Source of the DNA: a virus
Lineage: Duplodnaviria; Heunggongvirae; Uroviricota; Caudoviricetes
DNA: 64,000 bases
Virus record (IMG/VR): IMGVR_UViG_3300021256_000007
Coordinates: 32,440 to 96,439 of that record
Strand: one strand, 5' to 3'
Shown here: positions 29,880 to 38,455 of the stretch, piece by piece
Position numbering within the stretch: the first letter of the stretch is position 1
How the letters are laid out: each line of letters begins with the position of its first letter
Made by a program: the position numbers and the translations under genes
The notes under the pieces: generated by a model
Told to the model about the DNA's origin: nothing
The model's database searches: none
Seen by the model: only the letters and a program-made list of their open reading frames with translations

Positions 29880-30171
29880 ATATGAACTTAGTAAGCATCG
29901 CTTTTACGAACTTAAACACTTCTGTCTGCAATATTCAAAATGGAAGGAAATGTACGAAAATGCAGACGGATGGAATGGGGAGGGCGACACGACTTCTAAA
30001 GATGGGATCAAGCGTGCCGATTTGAAGACCTATATTTTCATGATCGAAGATTGCGCTCGATTAACCGGGACTGATATTCTGTGTTACGTTACGACAGAAG
30101 GCCTTAAGGTGCCGGTTGAGTTGCGCTATTCCTATAGGCAGTTTTTCTGGTTATTGAGCCAGCGCCGATAA
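29869..30171 (+). CDS. hypothetical protein (possible regulator)
   Basis: ATGA overlap with the upstream HTH gene. 100 aa. Contains a 13-mer copy internally. Confidence 0.35.
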   Translation: MKTEYELSKHRFYELKHFCLQYSKWKEMYENADGWNGEGDTTSKDGIKRADLKTYIFMIEDCARLTGTDILCYVTTEGLKVPVELRYSYRQFFWLLSQRR

Positions 30172-30226
30172 TCGTAATTTTCGCACCTCGTATAATGAGA
30201 CTATATTTAAAAGAGGAGGAATGTTG

Positions 30227-30448
30227 ATGTATTGGCACAAACTGAAAATGAACTGGTTCCATTTCTGGTATAAGATTCATCGGTCTTTTGCGGAGTTTTA
30301 CCTCGGTCTGGAGCATGTAAATCTCATATTTAAGAGTGACTTGTTCTGGACCGTGGCGGATAACTTCTCCAAGAGCCTGGATAAATCCAATCAGACCTGG
30401 AGCAAGTACATGAAAGAGTACCAGACAGTAAGACAACTTGCGGCTTAA
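30227..30448 (+). CDS. hypothetical Trp-rich small protein
   Basis: Promoter and RBS cassette nearly identical to the one at 33357-33410. Confidence 0.35.
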   Translation: MYWHKLKMNWFHFWYKIHRSFAEFYLGLEHVNLIFKSDLFWTVADNFSKSLDKSNQTWSKYMKEYQTVRQLAA

Positions 30449-30564
30449 ATTAGAGCAACAAAGAGGGACTTTTACAAGGTCTCTCTTTTTTTTCGTAAGA
30501 AATGCAACGCCTATAATGAAGGATGATGACGCTTCGTAAATAAATAAAAAGGAGAAAAAATCAA

Positions 30565-30888
30565 ATGAAATCATGCGAAGTGTATAGATGTAGACGTATA
30601 GCATTACGTCTAAGTCGCGAAGAGATCGCAGACAGAGCAGGAATTCAAGCCGACTATGTTCGGTTCTTTGAAGACGGAAAGAACATTCGTAGTGACTTTG
30701 TTGACAAGATCAAGAAAGTCATTGACGATGCGTTCCGGGAGTTGGACGAGATCGAACATTACAAAACGAGAATTCTCGAGCTGGCCTACGAAATCCGGTT
30801 CGACTCAGACACAAAACAAACGCTAAGCCGTACTAGTCATATGATAGTTGAGTTAGGAAAATTACAGAGAAGTATTATTAATTACTGA
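30565..30888 (+). CDS. XRE-family HTH transcriptional regulator
   Basis: LRLSREEIADRAGIQADYVRFFEDGK helix-turn-helix. 107 aa. Preceded by the conserved promoter-like element. Confidence 0.55.
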   Translation: MKSCEVYRCRRIALRLSREEIADRAGIQADYVRFFEDGKNIRSDFVDKIKKVIDDAFRELDEIEHYKTRILELAYEIRFDSDTKQTLSRTSHMIVELGKLQRSIINY

Positions 30889-30946
30889 ATAAACTGCGTT
30901 GTCATCCGAAGATTTGGGAAGTGTTACAGCTTCCCAGTCTTCTGGA

Positions 30947-30976
30947 TTGACTCGTATTTTTTACAGGGGTTATAAT
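30947..30976 (+). promoter_or_regulatory. canonical sigma-A-type promoter (TTGACT-18-TATAAT)
   Basis: Consensus hexamers, preceded by the GGGAAG/CTTCCC hairpin. Confidence 0.5.
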
Positions 30977-31001
30977 GGAATCGTTGAAAGGAGGTTCATA
31001 C

Positions 31002-31145
31002 ATGAGTAATTGGATGAAACAGTGTGTGGCGTTGATCGTCGGAGCGGGGATCGGAGCTATGGGATATTTTGTTATTGAAAAGATCCGGCACCCGTTCGGT
31101 AAGATCCGAGCGCCGAAGTTTGTCCTGCTTGAGGATGAACTGTAA
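31002..31145 (+). CDS. small membrane protein (47 aa)
   Basis: RBS AAAGGAGG, one predicted transmembrane helix. Confidence 0.3.
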   Translation: MSNWMKQCVALIVGAGIGAMGYFVIEKIRHPFGKIRAPKFVLLEDEL

Positions 31146-31275
31146 TTTCATCACGAAAGGAGTCGTTGCACTTGCAGCGGCTTCTTTTTTTTTCAAAATG
31201 GAAGTAAACGCAAATTCTGCACCGCCTATAATGAAGGATAAGAGAACAATAACGTTTAAATAGGAGGAATTTATT

Positions 31276-31473
31276 ATGAAAAATATATTTACGCAGATTT
31301 GTGAATTCGGGCTGCTGATCGGCCTGCTGGTCGCTTGGCATCTGGTTGGTAAAGTGAACCCCAGCTTTGGGTGGTTTCTGAGCCAGCCGGTTGTCATGAT
31401 CACGGAAATCATGGTCATTCTTGGTGCTGCCGTACATACTGTCATGAGCATTGTTACTATCAATAAACAATAA
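31276..31473 (+). CDS. small membrane protein
   Basis: 65 aa with two hydrophobic helices. RBS TAGGAGG. Confidence 0.4.
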   Translation: MKNIFTQICEFGLLIGLLVAWHLVGKVNPSFGWFLSQPVVMITEIMVILGAAVHTVMSIVTINKQ

Positions 31474-31545
31474 AGATATTATCCTTCAGAGGGAGGACTC
31501 GTTACAGAGTCTTCCTTTCTTTTTTTTGCGAAGGGAGGTGAAGTC

Positions 31546-31785
31546 GTGAAAGATTACATTATTCTCGCAGCGATCATTGTTATTTGTCTGGTTTCCGGTT
31601 TTCTTATCGGCAGATTTGGCATGAAGCGTACCTACGACGGGGATATTATCATCGAACCAACAGAAGACACCGATCGAGACGCCATTCGATTTGTACTGAA
31701 TCTGGAGCTCGATGAAATTGAAAAAAAGCAGCATCTCGTATTTAAAGTCAGAAATCATCTATCGCAAAAATCACAGCCCGTATAA
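31546..31785 (+). CDS. small membrane protein
   Basis: GTG start after GGAGGTGA. N-terminal transmembrane helix. Confidence 0.35.
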   Translation: MKDYIILAAIIVICLVSGFLIGRFGMKRTYDGDIIIEPTEDTDRDAIRFVLNLELDEIEKKQHLVFKVRNHLSQKSQPV

Positions 31786-31822
31786 CGGAGTGATCCAAAT
31801 TTATTTTTATGGAGGTAGATTT

Positions 31823-32227
31823 ATGGTTATGGACGAATTGAAATCCATTGATGAACTGAGGGAAGATCAGCTTCGTGGAGCTTATATCGAGCTCAAGGAT
31901 CTCAAGCGAGACGATCCGAACTATGGCAAAGTCATGAGCGAGATCAAAACCCTGGAAGAGATCAAGCTTTCATCCGAGCAAGCTGAGAGCAATCGTCTCA
32001 ACAATAATGCTAAGATCTCCGTTGAGGAGGAAAAGATTATGGTTGATCGCGAGCGCAATCAGATTGAGCGGAAGAAGGTTCGGTCTGTTTGGGGGCAGAT
32101 CGGCGCGTATTTTGTCATGGGATTCGGAAGCTTCGGCATGAGTTATGTGCTCGAACCGTGGTTCCAGAAAAATCCCAACATTCAGAGGTTTTCTGAGAGA
32201 TGCAGAGATCTGATCATTAAAAAATAA
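31823..32227 (+). CDS. coiled-coil protein with a C-terminal transmembrane segment
   Basis: ATG 31823 after GGAGGTAG. 134 aa. Confidence 0.4.
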   Translation: MVMDELKSIDELREDQLRGAYIELKDLKRDDPNYGKVMSEIKTLEEIKLSSEQAESNRLNNNAKISVEEEKIMVDRERNQIERKKVRSVWGQIGAYFVMGFGSFGMSYVLEPWFQKNPNIQRFSERCRDLIIKK

Positions 32228-32338
32228 GGAACATTCTAAAGGGGACGTTGTTTTTACAGCGTCTCTCTTTTTTCGTAAAAATGGCAGCCTTTAAGATAGG
32301 AAAGATGATTTCCAAATTCATATTTAAGGAGATTAATT

Positions 32339-32584
32339 ATGAAAAAGGCTGTTTACATGAGACTAGGTATTTTGGCTATTCTTATGCTGATCAGTGCGCT
32401 TACGGGCTTTGCAGAGCTCGGTGTGGCCACTGCTTTCGACATGAAGTTCGAAGGTATGGGCTATCTTGAGTATCTGCACGCATTCTATAGCGTTCCGTGG
32501 CATACGGCACTAGCTGGAATCGTGTTGGTTGTTGTGTTCACGGTTGCAACAGAAGTGATCTACCGTGGAATGAAGGAAAACTAA
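32339..32584 (+). CDS. small membrane protein
   Basis: 81 aa, three hydrophobic helices. RBS AAGGAG. Confidence 0.4.
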   Translation: MKKAVYMRLGILAILMLISALTGFAELGVATAFDMKFEGMGYLEYLHAFYSVPWHTALAGIVLVVVFTVATEVIYRGMKEN

Positions 32585-32625
32585 TCCTAAAAAGAGCTGT
32601 TGCACTTGCAGCGGCTCTCTTTTTT

Positions 32626-32885
32626 CACCATCGCAAAATCTGCAACGTCTATAATGAGAGGAAGAAGACTATCATTATAGGTCTGGCTAGGATTCCGGAC
32701 GACTATGAAGTTCAATACTATTGGACGGACTAGAACCGGACAAACGCCTGACAAAAAATTGGAGTTGACTTCTGGGCGAAAGAGGATTGTATGATAAGAT
32801 TCGTATCCAAAAATGTAATGGATTTTTTCCCATATGATTTGAAGAGATATGAAGACTAAATGATTACAACTTCTCTTTTTTTTCG
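32626..32885 (+). ncRNA. candidate small RNA region: two promoter-terminator units without a convincing CDS
   Basis: A copy of the conserved promoter-like element at 32626-32655 and a TTGACT-type promoter near 32768 are each followed by T-tract terminators. Only micro-ORFs of 8-13 aa without an RBS are present. Confidence 0.3.
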
Positions 32886-32940
32886 TATTTTTTACAGATG
32901 CTAATATGAGCAGATTAACATTTGAAAGGAGCAATTCAAA

Positions 32941-33315
32941 ATGGAAGAAAACAAGACTGCCGAAATTACGAAGGAGAAGAAGGATAACATTCTTGTCAGA
33001 GGTAAGAAATGGATGCAGAACAAACTGGATTCTATTGCCAAGTTTACATCTGACAATCCGCAGATGATCTTTCCGATCGTGACTGCCTTTGGATCATTGG
33101 CCTTGACAGGGCTCAGAATGATCGCTGGAGCAGGGGCGAATCAGATTGATCATTGCCGGGTTGAAGACGATGTAACCGGCGAGGAATTTATCACGAAGCA
33201 TCCTCTCACAAACGACGAGATCCTCGAACTCGGGAATCGTATGATCGACGGAGAATGGAAGGGAAGTGCCCTAAACGACATGGGGCTGCTCAAAAACGAA
33301 AAACATAGGAAGTAA
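32941..33315 (+). CDS. hypothetical protein
   Basis: The start codon is the ATG inside the 13-mer TTCAAAATGGAAG. RBS AAAGGAGC. Confidence 0.45.
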   Translation: MEENKTAEITKEKKDNILVRGKKWMQNKLDSIAKFTSDNPQMIFPIVTAFGSLALTGLRMIAGAGANQIDHCRVEDDVTGEEFITKHPLTNDEILELGNRMIDGEWKGSALNDMGLLKNEKHRK

Positions 33316-33410
33316 TTCCGAAAGGAGGCGTTGTTTTTACAGCGTCTCTCTTTTTTCGTAATTTTCGCAACCGTTATAATGAGACTATATTTAAAAGAGG
33401 AGGAATGTTA

Positions 33411-33530
33411 ATGAACGAAGGATCCATGAAGTTACTGCTAGTGGGTGCCGGAGCGATAATTGCGTTTAGCCAATTTGGCCCAATAGGAATTATCGTGCTC
33501 GGCGTCGTGCTGATGCTGGTAAACAAGTGA
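33411..33530 (+). CDS. small membrane protein (39 aa)
   Basis: Driven by the duplicated promoter-RBS cassette. Confidence 0.3.
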   Translation: MNEGSMKLLLVGAGAIIAFSQFGPIGIIVLGVVLMLVNK

Positions 33531-33625
33531 GATTCTTGAGGAGCTAAATATTACAGCTCCTCCTTTTTTTCGTAATTTTCGCACCTATTTAGATGAAAGA
33601 AACCTAATTTTAAGGAGGAAATATT

Positions 33626-33820
33626 ATGAAAAGAGTTATCTATGCAATGCTGATGGTGCCATTGGCTTTGTGCGTGGCCTACGGTCTGGTGAATTTTGGT
33701 ACAGATATCGTATCTGGAAACCTGAATATCCTGGACTGGATAGCCGGCCATAAAGTCATTCTGGCATTCGTGGCGTGCTACATAGGGCTCCAGTTCATTG
33801 GACCCTTCAAGAAGAGTTAA
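33626..33820 (+). CDS. small membrane protein
   Basis: 64 aa, two transmembrane helices. RBS AAGGAGG. Confidence 0.4.
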   Translation: MKRVIYAMLMVPLALCVAYGLVNFGTDIVSGNLNILDWIAGHKVILAFVACYIGLQFIGPFKKS

Positions 33821-33871
33821 TTTCAATCAAAATGGAAGTAGTTTTTACAGCTACTTTCATTTTTTTTTGAG

Positions 33872-34117
33872 CGTGTGCAATTTCGTGTGCATTTTTATCT
33901 ATTTCGTGTGCAATTTCGGTTTCTTGCATGAAAGATATTCTGTACATACAAGTGGTCAAAAACTGCATGAAATCAAAGAAAAAGCCCCGAACCATTGCGG
34001 CTCAGGGCTTTGGAAATTGGTGGAGATGGGGGGAGTTGAACCCCTATAGAAAAGACCTTCAAATATGCATGAAATCAGGAAAGTTTACTCGTTGTGTGCA
34101 TTTTCGTGTGCAGTTTT
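33872..34117 (+). other. candidate attP region: five direct arm-type repeats (C/T)GTGTGCA(A/T/G)TTT flanking a tRNA 3'-end-like core
   Basis: Repeats at 33872, 33884, 33905, 34093 and 34105, all in the same orientation. They bracket the tRNA-like segment at 34018-34045 and abut the 3' end of the integrase gene. Confidence 0.4.
34018..34045 (-). other. tRNA 3'-end-like fragment (T-arm + acceptor 3' strand + CCA), putative attP core
   Basis: The minus strand reads AGGGGTTCAACTCCCCCCATCTCCACCA: a T-stem/loop, a 7-nt acceptor strand, a discriminator and CCA. No 5' half is present. Confidence 0.4.
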
Positions 34118-35137
34118 GGAGTCTAAAAAGAGCGACTCCATATGAGAGTCGATTAAATCTGAGAACGAATCCTCTTTTTCAATCATCGTGTGCTGGTATA
34201 CTGTCTTCAGCATATTGTCAGTTTTGTGCCCCATACGTTTCATGGCGTATTTATCAGGGACGCCAAGAGAGTGGGCTTCAGATGCTGCGAAATGTCTGAG
34301 ATCATGGAAGCGGCATTGTGTGATATTTGCCTTTTCACAAAGTCGAATAAATCCTTTGTAGATCGCAGCCTGAGTTAGGGAAACTACGTAATCTGAATCG
34401 TGTGGCTGCTGGTCAATAATGGTTTTAATCTCCTTCGGGCATTTAATCCAGCGGTCTCCGGCGAGAGATTTCGTAAGTTTTTCGGCAGGTCCGTCTTCTC
34501 CTTCGACAATTGCACGCTGAATGTGGATTCGGTCACCAATGATATCTGAAAACTTAAGGCCACGAATTTCACTCATACGAAGGCCGAGCCAAGATGCCAA
34601 AACAATCGGAAGGTAATATTTTGTTCCTTCGGCAGTTTGGTAAAGTTTCTTAAGCTCATCTTCGGTAAGAATCGAGATTTCGTGAGGTTCTTTCTGAGGA
34701 AGAGTAGTTCTCAGGACAAAATTTGGACGGTACTCCTTTAAAACTGCACTGAGAAGTCCGTGAGCATTCCTGACAGATTTGCTACTAGCACCGCGTTTAA
34801 AATCAGCATTGATAGCTTTTTGTACCTGTTCCTGCGTGAGATCCGTGATATTTTCCTTCATGAGAGGTTGAAGGTAATTCTTACGGATCTTTTTATAGCC
34901 TCGGATGGTAGCAGGAGAGAGAACACTGTCTTTTACTTCGATATACTGATCGAAAGCTTTTCCGACTGTAAGAGGTATGCGCTTTTCGAACTGAAGGCCT
35001 GCATAAAGTTCTTTCGCTTTCTGCTTGACAACTTTCGGATCAGGATCGGTTATGCTGTACCGTTTGCCGTCAACTGCGATTTGAATCCGCCAATTTCCAG
35101 ATGGTAGTTTCTTTGCCTTTGGTAGTTTCATCGGCAT
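34085..35137 (-). CDS. int: tyrosine site-specific integrase
   Basis: C-terminal R..HxLRH..A......Y motif (RFHDLRHFAASEA...LKTVYQHT). The MPMKLPKAK start has GGAGGA upstream on the minus strand. An upstream in-frame Met at 35254 is also possible. Confidence 0.8.
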   Translation of the reverse strand: MPMKLPKAKKLPSGNWRIQIAVDGKRYSITDPDPKVVKQKAKELYAGLQFEKRIPLTVGKAFDQYIEVKDSVLSPATIRGYKKIRKNYLQPLMKENITDLTQEQVQKAINADFKRGASSKSVRNAHGLLSAVLKEYRPNFVLRTTLPQKEPHEISILTEDELKKLYQTAEGTKYYLPIVLASWLGLRMSEIRGLKFSDIIGDRIHIQRAIVEGEDGPAEKLTKSLAGDRWIKCPKEIKTIIDQQPHDSDYVVSLTQAAIYKGFIRLCEKANITQCRFHDLRHFAASEAHSLGVPDKYAMKRMGHKTDNMLKTVYQHTMIEKEDSFSDLIDSHMESLFLDSKTAHENAHNE

Positions 35138-35210
35138 TCCTCCTTCAAAATGGAAGTATAACACGAAAACGTAAGATTTACAACTAATATAATGAAAGGA
35201 GATGTCAATA

Positions 35211-35444
35211 ATGGATTTTGATTGGACTGATTCGTCATCCGATGAGTTCAGCATACATTTAACAAAACAAGAAGAAGCTTGTTATGCGGCAATGTTCGAG
35301 GATCGTCCACGGTTATTCGAATATCGTGAAAACGAGTATCCTAAATATTGTGCAGATAGCAAGAAAATAATAGCGATGTATGTTGAAGAATTCGGCTTAG
35401 GGAAAGAATCTATCAACAGAATCTTTGAACATTATTTTATGTAA
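35211..35444 (+). CDS. hypothetical acidic protein
   Basis: RBS AAAGGAG. 77 aa. Confidence 0.4.
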   Translation: MDFDWTDSSSDEFSIHLTKQEEACYAAMFEDRPRLFEYRENEYPKYCADSKKIIAMYVEEFGLGKESINRIFEHYFM

Positions 35445-35472
35445 CCTGAGGCTACAACGCCTTAGGTTTTTT
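35445..35472 (+). terminator. terminator, one of three near-identical copies
   Basis: Stem CCTGAGG/CCTTAGG plus T6. The same module recurs at 35765-35792 and 37041-37064. Confidence 0.5.
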
Positions 35473-35527
35473 CGTATATTTTACAACGTCTATAATGAAG
35501 GATAAAAAATAAAGGAGGAAAATCTAA

Positions 35528-35764
35528 ATGACTAGTGTAAACGGTATGATTGTCGGTACAGCTGCCGAGATCAAGGCCGTAGAGAAGTCCATGCGTAGAG
35601 CTTGGCGAACGGATAAGTCGGCTATCTGGCCGTCGCATTCCGATGCACCTCGCTTTACCCCGTGGAAGATCTACGGAATTGCTCTCGAACCGGGCGACCG
35701 GCACACCACGTATTACGTGGTCAATGCGGACACTATCCTACGGGATATGTTGTCCTTCGCTTAG
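35528..35764 (+). CDS. hypothetical protein
   Basis: 78 aa. RBS AAGGAGG. Confidence 0.4.
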   Translation: MTSVNGMIVGTAAEIKAVEKSMRRAWRTDKSAIWPSHSDAPRFTPWKIYGIALEPGDRHTTYYVVNADTILRDMLSFA

Positions 35765-35883
35765 ACCTGGGGCTACAACGCCTTAGGTTTTTTCGTATAT
35801 TTTACAACGGCTCTTTTTTTTTCGCAAAACCTACAACCTCATAAATGAAGCAATATGCTTACATTATATTTGGAGGTAAAAAT

Positions 35884-36186
35884 ATGGATAGAGAAGACGC
35901 AAAAGAGTATCTGCGGGCTTGGCTGAAATATATGAAGATCATACCGAAATACTGGATCGTTTACAAGTTCGGGCACTGGTCGCGTCTCATCGGAAAGTTT
36001 TATTCGAACCTGATCAATAAATCGGTAAATAAGCCGAAGTTGTTCAAGTTCTTTGGGCTCCGGTGGTGCGCCTGGATGTTGCGAGCCAATTACTGGTTCG
36101 ATCGGTGTGATGCGTTAAGAGCTGATGTGCAAGACCCTTTGGATACCATGGATTATATCGTGAAATTTTATCGCTTTGATATGTAA
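35884..36186 (+). CDS. hypothetical Trp/Tyr-rich protein
   Basis: ATG 35884 after GGAGGTAAAA. 100 aa. Confidence 0.4.
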   Translation: MDREDAKEYLRAWLKYMKIIPKYWIVYKFGHWSRLIGKFYSNLINKSVNKPKLFKFFGLRWCAWMLRANYWFDRCDALRADVQDPLDTMDYIVKFYRFDM

Positions 36187-36221
36187 GTACAGCGAAAGTA
36201 GAGCTGGCAACGGCTTTACTT

Positions 36222-36404
36222 TTTCGCATATTTTACAGCGCCTATAGTGAGAGGAGGCGAATGGTCAAGCGGAAAGCTTTATAAATCGGTTATGCAAGGC
36301 CGGGGATGAAAGGGCCCCAACGATCCGTAATAGCTCAATGGTAGAGCGCCGGGAAACCGGAGACGTGGGTTCGAAGCCCACAACTCTCACAGTTTTTATT
36401 TTTT
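36222..36404 (+). ncRNA. promoter-driven short transcript carrying a tRNA-like structure that lacks an acceptor stem and anticodon loop
   Basis: A promoter-like element at 36222-36252 and a T-tract terminator at 36391-36404 bracket it. Internal to it are a canonical D-arm (TAGCTCAATGGTAGAGC), a CCGG-GAAA-CCGG tetraloop hairpin and a T-arm (GTGGGTTCGAAGCCCAC). The 5' GTGAGAG can pair with the 3' CTCTCAC. Confidence 0.35.
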
Positions 36405-36446
36405 TTTTCGTATATTTTGCAACTTCATAAATAAGGAGGCGATTAT

Positions 36447-36728
36447 ATGTTTTTTGAAAGTATGAAAAAAATTTATCCGCTTGGAACAAAAGTTGGATAT
36501 CGTTACCGGCTGGACCAGCCATATATACTTGGCACAATCGTCGGGCATCAGCGTGGGCTTTATGGTGAGCCTGCTTATCCTGGCGATAAAAGACCATTTT
36601 ATATTAAAATACGGAACTGGGACAATCCGGATTATACTACAACTTTTGATCCAGTTGGCGGATTCGTGAAAGCATATTTTACGAAAGACGCGATTGATCG
36701 TGACTTTAAAAACGGGAAGCTAATTTAA
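36447..36728 (+). CDS. hypothetical protein
   Basis: 93 aa. Promoter cassette identical to that of the 36785 gene. Confidence 0.45.
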   Translation: MFFESMKKIYPLGTKVGYRYRLDQPYILGTIVGHQRGLYGEPAYPGDKRPFYIKIRNWDNPDYTTTFDPVGGFVKAYFTKDAIDRDFKNGKLI

Positions 36729-36784
36729 CAGCTTCCTAGTTTTTTCGTATATTTTGCAACTTCATAAATGAGGAGGCGAAAACT

Positions 36785-37039
36785 ATGAAAGAATTAGTTA
36801 TAGACAACAGGAAACGCACTAATGAACTAATGGATATTGTTTCAAGATTTAGCGCAAAAGTAGGTAACGCTTATGTCGAGCTGCTTAGCGATCTTATCAA
36901 ATACGGAGAAGATCCTAAAAATGTAGAGCTGTATAAGAGTACCGGCTATGACTGGGTAGTGAAACCTGAAATTGGGGCGTTATACAGCACGGAAAAAACT
37001 ATAAATAATCTATTAGAAAACTTCTACATCAAAGCCTAG
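36785..37039 (+). CDS. hypothetical protein
   Basis: 84 aa. RBS GAGGAGG. Confidence 0.45.
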   Translation: MKELVIDNRKRTNELMDIVSRFSAKVGNAYVELLSDLIKYGEDPKNVELYKSTGYDWVVKPEIGALYSTEKTINNLLENFYIKA

Positions 37040-37126
37040 GGTTGCAACGCCTTAGGTTTTTTCGCAATTTCAGCAGCTCCTATGATGGAATGACCAAGAT
37101 TCCAATAAAATTATAGGAGGAAATCT

Positions 37127-37495
37127 ATGAAAACTTTGAAAGAAATCAAGGAAGACGTCGATCTTAAGCTCTGGGAGCTCAAGTACAAAGCGACGAAGAA
37201 AGCTGAAAAAGCCATCAAATGGTGCGAAGAAAACAAGGAACTAGCGATTGCTATGATTCCGGTAGGTCTCGTGGCTATTCGTTCGATCGGTAACACGATT
37301 CGTTCGGTAGACCGAAAGATCGATCTGAAGAAAGAGCAGGAACTCCAGGACCTGTATGTCTATGACCATTCGTTGGGGATGTATCACAAGCTTCGGCGTC
37401 CGCTGAAACCGAGCGAAAAAATTGAGATCGATCGGCGCCGTGCCAACGGAGAATCCAAGGTACAGATTTTGTCCAGTATGGGTCTCTTGGACTAA
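37127..37495 (+). CDS. hypothetical protein
   Basis: 122 aa. The 13-mer sits immediately after its stop codon, followed by a terminator hairpin. Confidence 0.45.
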   Translation: MKTLKEIKEDVDLKLWELKYKATKKAEKAIKWCEENKELAIAMIPVGLVAIRSIGNTIRSVDRKIDLKKEQELQDLYVYDHSLGMYHKLRRPLKPSEKIEIDRRRANGESKVQILSSMGLLD

Positions 37496-37592
37496 TTCAA
37501 AATGGAAGCTGTTGCGCTTGCAGCGGCTTCTTTTTTTTTCGTAATAATTACAGGCCCTATAATGCAAGATTTAATTTAAAGGAGGATATTTT

Positions 37593-37871
37593 ATGAACGA
37601 GAACATCCTGTATGAACTTAATGCAAAAGTTTGCGAGGAAAAGGACCTGTACGATCCTGAAGAAATCGAATTGATGAAAGCAAACGGTAAAGCCGGCGCG
37701 CAGAGACTCTATATGGTGTTCAATAACATTGTTAATGAACATATAAATAATGGTTCTGCGACGGAAGCCACTGCTTTTCTGAACGAGATGCTCAGTATTA
37801 TCAGTCAAATTATGCCTCAAGAAAAATTCATTGAGTTCGAACGGATTGTTCAAAATTCCCTAGCGAATTAA
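37593..37871 (+). CDS. hypothetical protein
   Basis: 92 aa. RBS AAGGAGG. Confidence 0.45.
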   Translation: MNENILYELNAKVCEEKDLYDPEEIELMKANGKAGAQRLYMVFNNIVNEHINNGSATEATAFLNEMLSIISQIMPQEKFIEFERIVQNSLAN

Positions 37872-37969
37872 TCGAGCATTGGCTAAGCGCTGATAATACA
37901 GTGTCTTAGCTTTTTTCGTAAAGTCTACAACTACATAAATGAAGATAATTTTTAAAGGAGGAGTTTAGT

Positions 37970-38119
37970 ATGCCCGATAAAGAAACGAATGAATACGAAC
38001 AGATGTTCCCCATCATGATGAACAAATGGCTTAATGGGGAAATTGATGATGAGGAAATTCATGAATTTCTTGACGAGTTCATGAGTGCTCCTGGACAAAA
38101 AAGAATGATATTTGAATAA
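37970..38119 (+). CDS. small acidic protein (49 aa)
   Basis: RBS AAGGAGGAG. Promoter-like element upstream. Confidence 0.3.
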   Translation: MPDKETNEYEQMFPIMMNKWLNGEIDDEEIHEFLDEFMSAPGQKRMIFE

Positions 38120-38208
38120 GGGCCACAGCGGCTCTTATTCTTTCGTAAAAATTGCAGCCTTTAAAATGAAGGGTAATGCCCAAATTTAATCTAAAGGAGA
38201 GAATTAAC

Positions 38209-38406
38209 ATGAAAGAGAAACTGAGCAATATTTGGAACAAGACGAAGAAATTCGCAGAGGATCACAGTGAAGGTCTCGTCACTGCGGCCTATATGGTCTA
38301 CATGATGGCGATCCTTGGTGGAAGCCTGCGGAGTCTTCATCTGGCCAACGAAAAAACTCGGCTGGAGATTGCGACACTCAACGAGAACACCAGCATTCCC
38401 TGCTAA
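38209..38406 (+). CDS. small membrane protein
   Basis: ATG 38209 after AAGGAGAG. 65 aa. Confidence 0.4.
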   Translation: MKEKLSNIWNKTKKFAEDHSEGLVTAAYMVYMMAILGGSLRSLHLANEKTRLEIATLNENTSIPC

Positions 38407-38455
38407 AAGGAGCCTACAACGGCTCCGCTTTTTTCATTCAAAATGGAAGTAAATC

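Noticed and set aside
36331-36390. Calling 36331-36390 a conventional tRNA gene
   Set aside because: The D-arm and T-arm are canonical, but only 17 nt separate them and they form a 4-bp stem with a GAAA tetraloop. No 5' acceptor strand is complementary to the 3' end. Kept as a tRNA-like ncRNA finding instead.
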